A DNA stretch of 64,000 bases from NCBI RefSeq assembly GCF_006345805.1, contig NC_043001.1, positions 126,604,001-126,668,000 on the forward strand, read 5' to 3'. The notes under the pieces are model-generated. The model was not told where the DNA came from. It did not search any database and saw nothing but the letters and a program-made list of their open reading frames with translations. Position numbers and translations under genes: made by a program. Of the stretch, positions 39,295 to 53,340 are shown in pieces. This DNA comes from Octopus sinensis. Taxonomy: Eukaryota. Positions within the stretch are counted from its first letter, which is position 1. The number at the start of each line of letters is the position of its first letter.

Positions 39295-39364
39295 TTCACC
39301 GTACCTAATGCTTTTGTTGGCTATTGTGTTGTTTTGACTCTTATATCTAGCAATATATATATTT

Positions 39365-39587
39365 TTACTACCCTCAAGGGGATAAACACAGAAGGGACAA
39401 ACAAGGACAGACAAATGGATTAAGTCGGTTACATTGACCCCAGTGCGTAACTGGTACTTTATTTATCGACCCCGAAAGGATGAAAGGCAAAGTCGACATC
39501 GGCGGAATTTGAACTCAGAACGTAATGGCAGACGAAATACGGCTACGAATTTCGCCCGGCGTGCTAACGTTTCTGCCATCTCGCCTA
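39365..39587 (-). mobile_element. SINE family A
   Basis: CGACCCCGAAAGGATGAAAGGCAAAGTCGAC..GCTAACGTTTCTGCCATCTCGCC. Confidence 0.9.
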
Positions 39588-39823
39588 TATATATATATAT
39601 TCTGCTTTATTATAGGCAAGTACTGACATCTGTCAAATAAATAATAAATAAATACACAAAACTAGACGAAGTCACAGATACAGTTCCATATACAGACCAC
39701 GCACGAAGACGAAGCCCATGCGCACAATATGCACATGCACATGTAGAAGCATACATAGAGAAGCATAAACATATCAAGATAAAGTGGGGGAAATTTTAAA
39801 CCAGCGAACCGTATGAAATATAA

Positions 39824-39996
39824 TGACGTTATTACGCCATGGATAATCTTGTTATAAATAAACTTACGAGAATAAACGAAAGATAAACAAGTATCTACCC
39901 ATTACATGAATGACCAACATCCCTATTCTGTGTTAATTTGTAAATTTGTAAAATAATTATAATCACATGACCCAACTAGGGTAGACTGTCTAGATA
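39824..39996 (+). repeat. 173-bp exact direct duplicate (copy 1)
   Basis: Identical by eye to 45311-45483. Confidence 0.9.
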
Positions 39997-40305
39997 ATTA
40001 AACAGACATGGCAATGTCTTATATATGTTATATTAATCACGAAATAGCGACTAAGAATTAAGTGGAACATATTGTTTTAATTGGTGTGTAACTAGCTTTC
40101 AGGATAAGAAAATTAAACAAAAGTGAGATGTGGCTTTTTGTAATAGAACAGTGTTAGTAGAGATGTCTGTATGACTATATGAATATGCTCGTATTTATGT
40201 ATTTATGATTACAACCACATATGTACATCCATATCTATAGATGGATATATAGATAGATAGACAGAGAAGCAGACTGACCTACAGACAGACAGAAAGACAG
40301 ATAGC

Positions 40306-40381
<76 letters not shown>

Positions 40382-40382
40382 C

Positions 40383-40427
<45 letters not shown>

Positions 40428-40559
40428 TATAGATAGATAGATAGATAAATAAATAAATAGATAGATACATAGATAGATAGACAGAGAAGCAGACAGACAA
40501 CCAGACAGACAGACAGACGTATGTATGTATATATATATATATATGTGTATATATATATA

Positions 40560-40628
<69 letters not shown>

Positions 40629-40645
40629 CATACATACATACATAT

Positions 40646-40684
<39 letters not shown>

Positions 40685-40924
40685 GCTCTTTGGATACTTC
40701 CATGTTAGAAAGGATTTTAATCAAAGAAATTTTAAATCTATTATTCTGTAAAATAATACTTCATTAGTTTAATGTTCGCAAATACATAATAAGAATTTTA
40801 ATTCCATTAGACGTTCTAAAATACTATTAAACTTCATTCAATTTATAACAGGTAAAATCGGACAGAACTTATGGTATGACCTGATATGTATGTATGTATG
40901 TATGTATGTATGCATGTATATTTG

Positions 40925-40975
<51 letters not shown>

Positions 40976-41110
40976 GCATGTAAGTATATTATACATATAT
41001 ATATATATATGCATTATGCACGTAGGTATGTATTTATGTATGTATGTTTGTCTCTATCTTTCTCTCTCTATCTCTATCTATCTGTCTATCTATTTCTTTA
41101 TATATATATA

Positions 41111-41153
<43 letters not shown>

Positions 41154-41311
41154 TGTGTGTGTCTGTGGGTATGTGTGTGTGTATAAATAAAACAGAAAGC
41201 AGTGAAATATTGATGAACACCAATTAACTTACATCAATTATTATTTATTAATTCAATACAAATAGACTGCATATGTATGCCCATGTTTAAACATAGGTTA
41301 TATACCGGTAG

Positions 41312-41651
41312 TATAATGGATATATAAATATATATATATATATATATAGTGAGAGAGAAAAAGAGAGAAGATATAGATAGAGAAAGAGAGAAGGAGAGAG
41401 AGAGATGCTTATAAATAAATTCAACATAAATACGTATATGTATATCTATCTATCAATCTGTTTCCCTCACTTTTCATATATATATATATATGAAAAGTGA
41501 GGGAAACAGAGTGATAGATAGATATACATATACGTATTTATGTTGAATATATTTATAAGCATCTCTCTCTCTCCTTCTCTCTTTCTCTATCTATATCTTC
41601 TCTCTTTTTCTCTCTCACTATATATATATATATATTTATATATCCATTATA
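41312..41651. repeat. ~340-bp near-perfect palindrome centred on (AT)n
   Basis: ..CTGTTTCCCTCACTTTTCA(TA)nTGAAAAGTGAGGGAAACAG..; arms match out to TATAATGGA/TCCATTATA. Confidence 0.9.
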
Positions 41652-41664
41652 TATCTATTTAATA

Positions 41665-42095
<431 letters not shown>

Positions 42096-42817
42096 GTATG
42101 CATTTACATTGATAGAGTTAGCGTGAGTGAGAGAGAGAGAAAGAAAAGTAGATTGTTACATATAAAGGTCTTCACTCACTCACACACACATACACACGCA
42201 AAAGCACTTTCGGGGTTATGTGCAAGCACACATTACACACAAAGATGTACATACACTTACGCATACATTAGAAAAACAGAGAGAATGTGTGTTTTTTGTG
42301 TAAATGTATTTGTTTTATGCATGTTTATGTGTAAGTATGTGCGCATGTACGTATGTGTGCTTGCATGTATGTATGTATTTATCTATTGTATGTACACACT
42401 CATAGACACATACACACCTAAAGACATACGTAGAGACACACAGCTTTTCAAGCTACCAGGAAGTAATTTTTGTTCAGTGAACCATGTTAAGCGTAATTAC
42501 ATTACGCTAATTATAAAATAATAGTTAATAATCTTGTCATAAATAAACATCCGAAAAGGATAGAAGGATAGGCATACGAAGCATCAAGCCATTACATCTG
42601 TGGGCTGATAATAGAGCCATAATACAGACTTGCTAATTAATTATAATCGTATGATCCAACTAGATTAGATGGTGAAGATAATTAGCTGACCTAGCTATTA
42701 GGAATAGCGATTGAGAATGTCTGGGATGCACAAATTTCAGTGATGGTATGTATGTGTACAAGAGTGTGGATATGTGTAAGGTCATCAATTTAAACACACA
42801 CACACTCATACGCACAC

Positions 42818-42848
<31 letters not shown>

Positions 42849-43189
42849 TGTATGTATGTATGTATGTATGTATGTATGCATGCATGCATGCATGTATGTA
42901 TGTATGTATGTGTGTATGTATGCATGCATGCATGTATGTATATATGTATTTGGGAACTTTAGGGTACTTTCAAAATAAAATATGTTCGTGACGTATTTCA
43001 ACATCTAAAGTCAAATTCACTGCAGTTACCACGGTGTTTATAAGCCATTTAAGAAACATAAAAAAAAAAAACCCGTTAGATTCACGTCAACATTTAAATT
43101 TAATCTGTCAAAATATTTTCGTCGCTTTGAGACCGCGACCTGTTCACTGACAAAACTTCGTGCTGCATCACGAAGTTTTGGGACTTCTA

Positions 43190-43330
43190 CATAAGAACCG
43201 GCGCTATTGGATGAGGTGGCCAGAAGGTCATTAATGTGTAGAGGGAAGAAAGTAGGAGACAAAACCAAACCCTGGAGAATATAAATGTTGATTAAGAGTG
43301 GAGCAAAACAAGCTCCATCCATCAGTACAT
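43190..43330 (-). mobile_element. LINE RT fragment
   Basis: LQGLVLSPTFFPLHINDLL matches the RT motif GVPQGSVLSPxLFxLxINDL. Confidence 0.7.
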
Positions 43331-43519
43331 GCCGCGTTAACACGATGAGATGTAAAGTTACTAATCCAAATGATGTCAGATGGATGGAGCTTACCTGATG
43401 GCTAAGGCAGCAACGTTGCTTTCACTGATCTTCACTAATAGAGGACACGCATGCGAGAGACATGAGAGTGACAATATAGAAGATTCACTTTAATAGACGA
43501 AAGAATACTTAATCTATAC

Positions 43520-43829
43520 TGTAAAGTAATAGGGATCACCCACGGTCCATATAAGATTTTGGGGGTCAATGCTAGCAAAATAGTAAATAGAAGATTCATG
43601 CAGTATCTAAAGGTCCATGAGCAAATTTTGCTTTAGGTTTATTTATTACAAGAAACCGTTTAGTTTCTTTCTCTACCATTTTATGAGTTAATACGTGAAA
43701 AACAAAATAGGAGTTTTAAAAGAAGTATCTATAAAATTAACTTTGAAACAACGAATGGCTATAGGGTTCCTCCAGAGTAAGATAGTAATCAAAGGGGTTT
43801 ATAGATAATAAATAGCTAAGAACCGCTGG
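43520..43829. mobile_element. hAT-like MITE, same family as 4467-4794
   Basis: Shared GGGGTCAA..GCAAAATAGTAAAT..CAAGAAAC..AAAAACAAAATAGG; ends AAGAACCGCTG. Confidence 0.6.
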
Positions 43830-44716
43830 TGTAGAGTTTATGCGTACAAAGGTGATAATACTTACCGTCGCTACTCAGAGACACACATTGAATGTGGTCA
43901 GAAAGTGTGTCGTTAACCAGCTGGGGGAGATATCTTCCTGGGGCCATAAACAACAGTAGCATCGCCCCGTATGGGACCGCCACATTTAAGTGTCAAACAC
44001 ACTTCACGATTCCGTGCTGCTACTTTTTACTTCTCGCTCAGTGATTAAATTTTACACTGTATTTTCTTTTTCATTTATGAAAACTGTTAAATTTAGCCCG
44101 AATATCCTGTATGATAATTACTATTCAATAAATACGGGTTAATAATGCAAGTACGAAACTAAGTAGAAAAGGTCAGTTTAATTGATCGAAAACCCTTGAC
44201 AGGTGTGCCCCGAAACGGTCGAGCCTATTCCCCAAAGTAGTTGAAGAATATTATATATGAAGTGAGATAGAAACTAACTTTTGGTGAACGTAGAAAGGGA
44301 CGGATCATCACACATTCCTTTAGTAGACCTTTTTATTTTTCTCGTTTCCCTTTATATCTCGACCAGATTTCTTAAGTTAGATTAAAAATCATATCATAGA
44401 AATCATTTCAGAGTTTTCCTAGTCTAAATTGCAATATACTTTCAATTATAAGAAAACGCTTTCCAGTTTCCTCTTTTAGTTCGTTTTATACACACTGATA
44501 CATAGACATAAATGTACACACATCGGAGGGAAAGACTTTCAAAAAAGGTATTTTCCAACGAAAACCCCAGTCCTATTCGTTCTTCGCGAGTTGCACAGAA
44601 AACCTTTGTTAGTCTTTCCGTCAGAAATTCAGTCAGGTAATTACGTACTGTTTAGGAACCTGTAATCACAGACGCCATTGCTTGTAAAATGCGGTGAAAT
44701 GAATATAATTTAAATC

Positions 44717-45270
44717 TATTTATTTCTTTATTGCCCACAGAGGGCTAATCATAGAGGGGACAAACAAGTTCAGACAAAGGGATTAAGTCGATTACACCGA
44801 CCCCAGAGTGTAACTGGTACTTATCGACGTCGAAAGGATGAAAGGCAAAGTCTGTTTGAACTCAGAACGTAACGGCAGACGAAATACCTGTTTCTTTACT
44901 ACCCACAAGGGGCTAAACACAGAGAAGACAAACAAGGACAGACAAACGGATTAAGTCGATTATATCGACCCCAGTGCGTAACTGGTACTTATTTAATCGA
45001 CCCAGAAAGGATGAAAGGCAAAGTTGACATCGGTGGAATTTGAACTTAGGACGTAGTGTCAGACGAAATACTACTAAGCATTTCGCCCGGCGTACTAACG
45101 TTTCTGCCAGCTCACTGCCTTATAATTTAGATATATTTTCTACTCTAGGTACAAGATCCGAAATTTTGGGGGAGGTAGGAGGCAGTCGATTACATCAACC
45201 CAGTACGCAACTGGTACTTAATTTATCGACCCCGAAAGGGTGAAAGGCAAAGTCGACCTCCGCGGATAAT
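44717..45270 (-). mobile_element. SINE family A cluster (multimer plus extra copy)
   Basis: Repeated reverse-complement bodies, head ..CTGCCAGCTCACTGCC at ~45120. Confidence 0.88.
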
Positions 45271-45310
45271 TTAAATATATTGGAGAACACAGCAAAGCTT
45301 GGGATAAGAC

Positions 45311-45483
45311 TGACGTTATTACGCCATGGATAATCTTGTTATAAATAAACTTACGAGAATAAACGAAAGATAAACAAGTATCTACCCATTACATGAATGA
45401 CCAACATCCCTATTCTGTGTTAATTTGTAAATTTGTAAAATAATTATAATCACATGACCCAACTAGGGTAGACTGTCTAGATA
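45311..45483 (+). repeat. 173-bp exact direct duplicate (copy 2)
   Basis: Identical by eye to 39824-39996. Confidence 0.9.
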
Positions 45484-46417
45484 GACTGCCAAAAGAGACG
45501 CATTGTGGGATCGAATCTAATAACATACGATGACAAAACGAATTTTTTAATCGTCTACATTAAAGTTGTGAGATTATAAGTTTATAAAAAATATGTTTAC
45601 GAATTTAGGATGAAAGTTAATTTTTCATTATTCTAGTTATTTCTGAAGCTGATTTTGGTGCTGTCAACGATGTGGTAATTTAATTTTTGTTGTTGCTTTC
45701 TGCAACAGATCACCTTTCTCGGATGTCGGTCTGTTATAAAAAATGGTCCTGGAAAGTAATAATAATAATATTATCCGATGACATTGGATATTGCTTTCTA
45801 ATGATTTGATGGATGGCGTGAATAGTTCACCCGCCTACTCTTATCTTTTCTTTCTTTCATTCTTTTTTTCTTTCCCCCTCTTTCTCTTTCTCTCTGTCTC
45901 TCTTACTCTCATTTAATCTTCCGTTCTTTGAGGTCGTTTCGGATTGTTTTGAATTATTATTTTATATTCACTCTTTGCATGGTAAATGGACGTTATGAAA
46001 AAGAAAAGGAAAAAAAGACGAAACCAACCGACTGAACAACCAGCCAACTAATCTACCAGTCGTACGAATACACAACATTCAACAAATATTCACGATCAAA
46101 ATAAACAACAGCTTATCAAATTACACTTCATTAAAAATAAAACAAGAATCCAAATCGTAAAGCAGAAAAAAATTATAAAAAATAACAAAAAAAGCAAAGC
46201 AAAATTTAATTAACTTGTCAATTGCTTCCTTTTCTTTAAACTTCAGAAATAAATAATGAAATTACTTTCCATATGGTAAGGGAAATTTTTGTTTTAAGTT
46301 TTTTTTTCTTTGTCGAGGTCGGTTGGTTATTGTGAACCGTATAGTTCTTTAGCATGCAGTATTGGTTTATTTTCCTACTCAAGTAATAGTTAGTGTGTTT
46401 TTGTAAATAGAAACATG

Positions 46418-46500
<83 letters not shown>

Positions 46501-46517
46501 ACACACACAAGTATCTA

Positions 46518-46820
46518 CAGTGTCCAAAACAAACAAGTATACACACAATGAATGATCATAAAGTCAGTGTTTATTAAAATAGATTTAAATTATAAAATTT
46601 AATAGAACCCACTGACAGAATTTAATTTTTGTTATGAATTCGCGTTTTCAAACTCATGACCATTCTTGCGCAGGCTCTGCTGATAACTGATGCATGGAAT
46701 TGCAAGCATCAAGAAACATTTCGTTTGGTATTTGAGCACATTCTTGTTCAAATCGTCGACTGTTGCCGGTTTCGTACCATAAACTTTCTCTTAAGTATTC
46801 TTATATAAAAAGAAGTCTCA
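46518..46820 (-). mobile_element. Tc1/mariner 3' end relic
   Basis: TA|CAGTG terminus; minus translation DFFLY..EKVYGTKPATVDDL..NGHEFEN. Confidence 0.6.
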
Positions 46821-47224
46821 TTGAAAGTACGGGCTATTCTTAAGTATTCCTATGAAAAAGTGTCATAAAGAGCATTGACTATTCTTGGAATGAAAATTTT
46901 CAAAATGCTTTTAAAATTTCATTACCACAACACGTCTCAATAATGTGCGCGTGTGTCTTTATTCGTTCATTCACTCATTCGGTTTGTTTGCATGTTCCCG
47001 TTGTGCCATCAAATAGTACCCGCATTCTCTTCTTCGTCTTAAAACGTTTAAATTACTTTACTCTTTCATTTGTATCAGGGTTGCTAATCTCTACGTAATA
47101 TCTAGCGAGGACAATCACTTTAAACAAAACTTACCTAATTAAAATAATCATCTGAAAAACAAGTAAATCTAGTGAAATCAAAAGGAAAAACATATAACAT
47201 ATTCTACCAATGTTTTCATTATTC

Positions 47225-47830
47225 TTTTCTACGTTAGGCACAAGGTCCGAAATTTGGAGGAAGGGAGCCAGTCGAATACATCAACCCCAGTATGCAACTG
47301 GTACTTAATTTATCGACTTCCAGAAGGATGAAAGGTAAAGTTGACCTCGGCAGAATTTGAACTCAGAACGTAAAGACAGACGAAATACCTATTTCACTAC
47401 CTACAAGGGGCTAAACACAGAGAGGACAAACAAAGACAGACAAACGGATTAAGTCGATTATATCGACCCCAGTGCGTAACTGGTACTTATTTAATCGACC
47501 CCGAAAGGATGAAAGGCAAAGTCGACCTCGGCGGAATTTGGACTCAGAACGTAACGGCATGCTAACGTTTCTGCCTGCTCGCCGCCTAAGGTTTTCATTA
47601 TTAACAGGTTAGTTAAGGAGGTGAGCTGGCAGAATCGTTAGAATGCCAGGAAAAATGCTTAACAACATCTCGTCTGTCTTTACCTTCTGAGTTCAAATAC
47701 AACCGAGGTCGACTTTGCCTTTTATTCTTACGGGGTCGATAAAAATGAGTACCAGTTGAGCACTGAGTCGATGTAGTCGACTAGACCCCTTCCCCAATAC
47801 TTCAGGGCTACTGCCAATGAAGAAAAGATT
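47225..47830. mobile_element. Divergent pair of SINE family A copies (minus 47225-47588; plus 47617-47830)
   Basis: Heads ..GCTCGCCGCC and GGAGGTGAGCTGGCAGAATCG face outwards. Confidence 0.85.
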
Positions 47831-48276
47831 ATTGGTAATTTACTAATTTTGATTAAATGACCCAGTCTCACCCTATAGCAAAAGTAATGCCAAATTTAAG
47901 GACTAACCACATTTGACAATACCAGAAGTCAGAGCAGTGATAAATATCGAAACCATAACTGACATTAATAATATATACGTGAATACATCCCATTTAACGA
48001 TCGAATGTTTCGAACCACTTGAACCATTAATTCGAAATGGTCAAGTAACATATAACAGAGAGAGAGATCAGTTATCTTTACTTTTAGCAAACATGATGGA
48101 AATTAGGAAAATGCTTCAGCCTTATTATGCCTCTTCAGTGAAGCATAGTAGCTATCATAACAGCCTGATCTGATTCGTGATGAGAAGAAATTACTATATA
48201 CCTGCACAATAGTGTACAGGAGTAGATATTAAGCGATACGTACATATACCTATACAGACATATTATTTATATTTGA

Positions 48277-48592
48277 ATGGCTCAGTGGTTAGAGCGTCAG
48301 GCTCTCGATCATGAGGTAGTGAGTTTGATTTCCAGACAGGGCTGTGTGTTGGGTTCTGAACCAAGACACTTATTTCACGTTGCTCCAGGTCACTCAGTTG
48401 CAGAAATGAATTGCGACGTCACTGGTGCCAAGCTATACCGACATTTGCCTTTCGCTTGGTTAGAGGGGAGGGAGGGATGCATGGGTGACTGTCGGTCTTC
48501 CATAAACAGCCTTTCTTAAACTTGTGTCACGGAGCGGAACTTTCTAGGTGCAATCCCATGGTCATTCATGACCGAAGGGCTTTTTTTACCCT
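48277..48592 (+). mobile_element. tRNA-derived CORE-type SINE family C
   Basis: TGGCTCAGTGGTTAGAGCG A-box, GAGTTTGATTTCC B-box, CAAGACACTTATTTCACG; paralog at 58587. Confidence 0.85.
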
Positions 48593-48744
48593 ATTTATAT
48601 ATATATATATATATATATCACCGTCACCGTCACCGTGACCAACCAGGCTATCAGATGTTGCTACACATCGCTGGTCACAATGCTCTTCGCATTGTTTTAG
48701 CCTTTAAATGACGCCACCCCGCTGGCTAAGCGAGCAGGCCAATT

Positions 48745-48803
<59 letters not shown>

Positions 48804-49669
48804 AAGGGTGTCTGTATGTGTGTGTGCGCTTATATACACATACACTGATATAAATAATTATATATATATGTACGCATTGCATATATGTGTGTATGTATGC
48901 ATGTATATTCATGTTGGTGTGCGACATAAGAAACCTCTCGAAACAGAAATAAAAACGAGGGAAAGAATTCAGAGAATGAAAGAAAACAGAAAATGATAAC
49001 AAGAATAAAAATCATTAAGGAATAAGATATGTATTTGTTTCTGTGTGCGTGTATGTGCGTGTGCGTGTGTGTGTGAATGTGTGTGTGTGTGAATGTCAAA
49101 AAGACCAAATTACCATTAATTTGACAAGTTTACAAGAGACCCTAATAATCAACCGGTGGCTGTCAAAAGAAGATTAGTTTTCATAGATCGTCTTTTTTTT
49201 CACGGGGTTTGTGATGAAGTGTGTTGGAGGGGGACGTTCCAAATTGCAAACAATTGTCTCGTAGATTGCTTATTGTAATACTGTCACTAATCGTGTTATT
49301 ATTACTGTTGTTGTAACTATTGTTGCTGTTCTTCTTCTTCTTCTTGTTGATGATGATGATGATAGTGATGGCGATGTCAACAATGATGGCGTGGTTTTAT
49401 ACCTTCTTTTTTTTTCTTATCTGATGGTGTATTATTTCTGTATATATTTTTGCATTATGTAATTTTTTTTTGGAAATTTTAGTCTTGTTTTTGTAACCAT
49501 TTTTCCACAGACTCCTCCTTTTCATCATCATTGTATATAATCGTTACCACTATCATCATGATCATGATCATCATGGTCATCATCATGGTCATAATTATCA
49601 TCATTGACATCGTTATAGTCGTATTCATTATCATCATAATCCTCCTCTTCACCATCACTATCTTTCTCC

Positions 49670-49715
<46 letters not shown>

Positions 49716-50030
49716 GTATACATACATACATATACACACACGCACACATACGCATATATATATATTTGTCTCAAAGCCGTAGGGCGCCTGTGTCATCCAT
49801 GTTTTTAACCGTTACTGTCCCCCAAAAAGATTTTTCGTATCATGTTTTTCTCTGTTGCGTTTCATTCTTTCCTTCTGTGGCTGGCTGATTCAGAGCGGAT
49901 CTCAGAATTAAACAGCCGAAATCTGCGATGAGGGATCAGTTTCTGACTGAAGAATGAAGGCTTTGAATGACCCGTTTGTTTTTTTGTTCGTCCCTTCGTG
50001 TATTTCACGTTATTTATTTACGTAAAGGTT

Positions 50031-50069
<39 letters not shown>

Positions 50070-50239
50070 TGTGTGTATGCGTCTGTGTCTGTATGTGTGT
50101 GTGTATATGTTTACTTGCATATGTATATTTGTATACATGTACCCATATATTTACAGACAGACAGACAGGCAGATAGATAGGTAGATATATAGATAGATAG
50201 ATTATCTTTAGTTATTATCATTGGCGTGGTTCTTTTGTG

Positions 50240-50273
<34 letters not shown>

Positions 50274-52680
50274 GAGGAGGAGGAGGAGGAGGAGGAGGAG
50301 GCGGAGTGGGGGGACAAGCTATAGATACAGTGTGTCCAATGTTTTTAAAGAAATTAAGGGTAATACAAATGGGATAATAGTAATAAAAGCTACGAACTTC
50401 TATAGTTTATATAACCTCCAGAGTTACGAACCCTCCAGCGACAGTGGTGGCGATGCTGTTGATTGTTTGGTAGGTAGTTTAGCTGCAAATATAGCCGCAG
50501 TTCGGCTTTTCACATTTAATCTATTTATTTAACAATCTGACATTCTCTTTGTTTCCACCTTTCTCTCATCTCCATTTGCCTTTTCTTTCTTTTTTTTTTT
50601 TTTTTTCATCTGTATCTCTCCATCTCCGAATTTCATTCCGACTCTCCGTTTACTGCTATCTTTCTCACCTTCTATCAGTTCTGCTCACCATTGTTAATGA
50701 TGTCCTCATGTGACACCAGTAATTACCCACCCACATTTATATAATTTAATACATTAGACCTGCCATTCCGTGATCTTTCTTGCAATGAGCTCATGTTTTA
50801 TTTTATTAAATTCTATCTTTGTCTCACCGTAGTTCTGCACATGTCATTCCCATCTCACTGGGTAACTCGGGTAACGAACGACTTGATAATTCCAACCAAT
50901 TTGCCGAGAGAAATTCTTTCACGACAAATTTATTTGGAATTAACTGCTAATTTTGTAGTTGAAGATGAAGCTAGTTGGAAGTTCTTTCCGTATGCAACAC
51001 ACAACATATTGGAGCCCTTTTTACTCATGAATCACGCACAGCTAAATCCTTCCCAGTCCATATAAATGCCTGACCTTACAATTTCTATATAAACTTCAGC
51101 ATTCTTAGCGTTTAACCATGGCGGAAAGTACAGTGCTTATGACCCGTTTGAGGACTACTGGAATTTACCTTCAACTGGAAACCTGGTCTTAATGCTTGCA
51201 ACAGAGTGGGCATCCCTAAACTACGTAAGGAGCAGGTTGTATTATTAAACAGGATGTTGTCATCGAATAAGCCAGAATGAATATTAACTAGAAAATGTAA
51301 CGCGAAACATCACGTCTAGCGTTGTAACAATTCCACCAATTCGCTGCCTTGTAATGGTACTTTATTTTATTCCACCCTTTCCCGAAACGCAAAGATGACA
51401 CAGCGAACTTTGAACTTGGAGTGCAGAGACTTATAAAAAATACCGCAAATAAATTTGTACCATGTTCCAACAATTCTACCAGTTCACCACCTACAATTAT
51501 ATGACGTAGACAAGGATCAAATGAAAAAATTCCTCTACGAGACTAGCTAGGAAAAAGAAACCCACGGTAGCCATATTTTCTTCAAATAATAGCCTACTGA
51601 TCTTAAAGTTGGGATAGTTACAACTGGAGCACATATTGATTGTAGAACTGCCTATCTACGACTGACCTTATGCAAAGTAACAGCTGCTTCATGAGTAAAT
51701 CTGCATCGAAATGAATAGTTTTCTCTTCAGGGACATAAACTTCACAGCAGCTACTACCGTTACTGATCCTAGGCAAATGTATGAGAAATGCTCGTATATC
51801 TAGGGGCTGTGTTATCGCTGTTTCTCAAGCAAATATTCTAAGCTACACACTCCGCCCCACAAAAGTTATCCAAATGATTGGTAGACAATCGTGTACGAAT
51901 ACATAACAATTATAGCCCACATTCAACCTATATTCTGAAAAATATAGTGAAGAAATCGCATTCAAATTTACATAAATGATACAACGGATAGTGTTGTCTT
52001 GTTTCTGAAAAACTGTCGGGTTAATGATGACTGAAGTAGCTCTGATGAAAGGTAAGCACGATCAGTGTTAATTTAGCACTAAACATTCTGACTTTTCAAT
52101 GATATATATATACTTTTTTAAGTATGTATATTCTTTGAGTATGATATATAGAGAAACATTTTACACAGTTTATCATTGGTGGAACATCGGAAACTATATC
52201 TATACAGAGAGACAGAAACATGGTTGAAAATGGTGTTAGTGACCCCAAGCCGGCGAAGGAGAGCAATTAAATCGCAATCGTTTTATTTGCAAGAAATAAT
52301 AGTCGAATCTCTTTCTTTCTTTCTCACTCCATTGCCCCTCTTTCTCTCTTTCTCTCAACCAAAACCATGTCCATTTAAAAACAAAAATGACAGAAAAAAT
52401 AATGTAAAGTAGAACCTTCCTACTTTCACAAAACAAATAACAATGGTCACGGTTAGAATATCTTTAATATGTCCGCTCAGTCGTGACTGACGTTGGGGAT
52501 TCTGCAGTAAGATTTTCAGCAATGTTGCTGTTTAGACGAGTGCAATCCATATCGCTTCACTTAAGTTGAAAGTTGTATCGCCTTGAAAAGCTGCGACTTG
52601 ATAAAACAAGAAGAGGAAGCAATACAATGTATACACACACACGCGCGCACGCGAACACGCTTATATATATATATATTAGA

Positions 52681-52912
52681 AGGCGGCGAGCTGGCAGAAA
52701 CGTTTGCGAGCCGGGCGAAATGCGTAGCCGTATTTCGTCTGCCGATACGTTCCGAGTTCAAATCTCGCGGAGGTCGACTTTGCCTTTCATCCTTTCGGGG
52801 TCGATAAATTAAGTACCAGTTTCGCACTGGGGTCGATGTAATCGATTTAATCCCTTTGTCTGTCCTTGTTTGTCCCCTCTGTGTCTGGCCCCTTGTGGGT
52901 AGTTTAGAAATA
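52681..52912 (+). mobile_element. SINE family A, full length
   Basis: GGCGGCGAGCTGGCAGAAACG..GAGTTCAAATC..GCCTTTCATCCTTTCGGGGTCGATAAATTAAGTACC..CCCCTTGTGGGTAG. Confidence 0.92.
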
Positions 52913-53249
52913 TATATATATATTGCTAGTTTTAGAGATTTTAGAACTATTTATTTTGCTCGTTACGAGATCAGCTACTATCTGCCGCTTCTCTGTTTAT
53001 ATATTGTGAGTGGGGATGATTGACTGCCATCTCTAGCAGGCAGGTATGGGCACCGATGAAGAGTAAAGACCAAGAAATCATGGTCTACTGGTCTTGCCAA
53101 GCTGGAGGGGAGTGATTTGCTCTCTTACTTACTATAAATCGGACACAGGCTGTGTGTCGTTAACCAGCTGGAAAAGACGTCTTCCTGACGTTAAAATACA
53201 GCAACATAGTTATTTATAGAACACCCATGTTATAGCGTCAAGAAAACGT

Positions 53250-53340
<91 letters not shown>

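Noticed and set aside
47913-48173. 86-aa non-repetitive ORF
   Set aside because: Non-ATG start, no recognisable motif, and length within chance expectation
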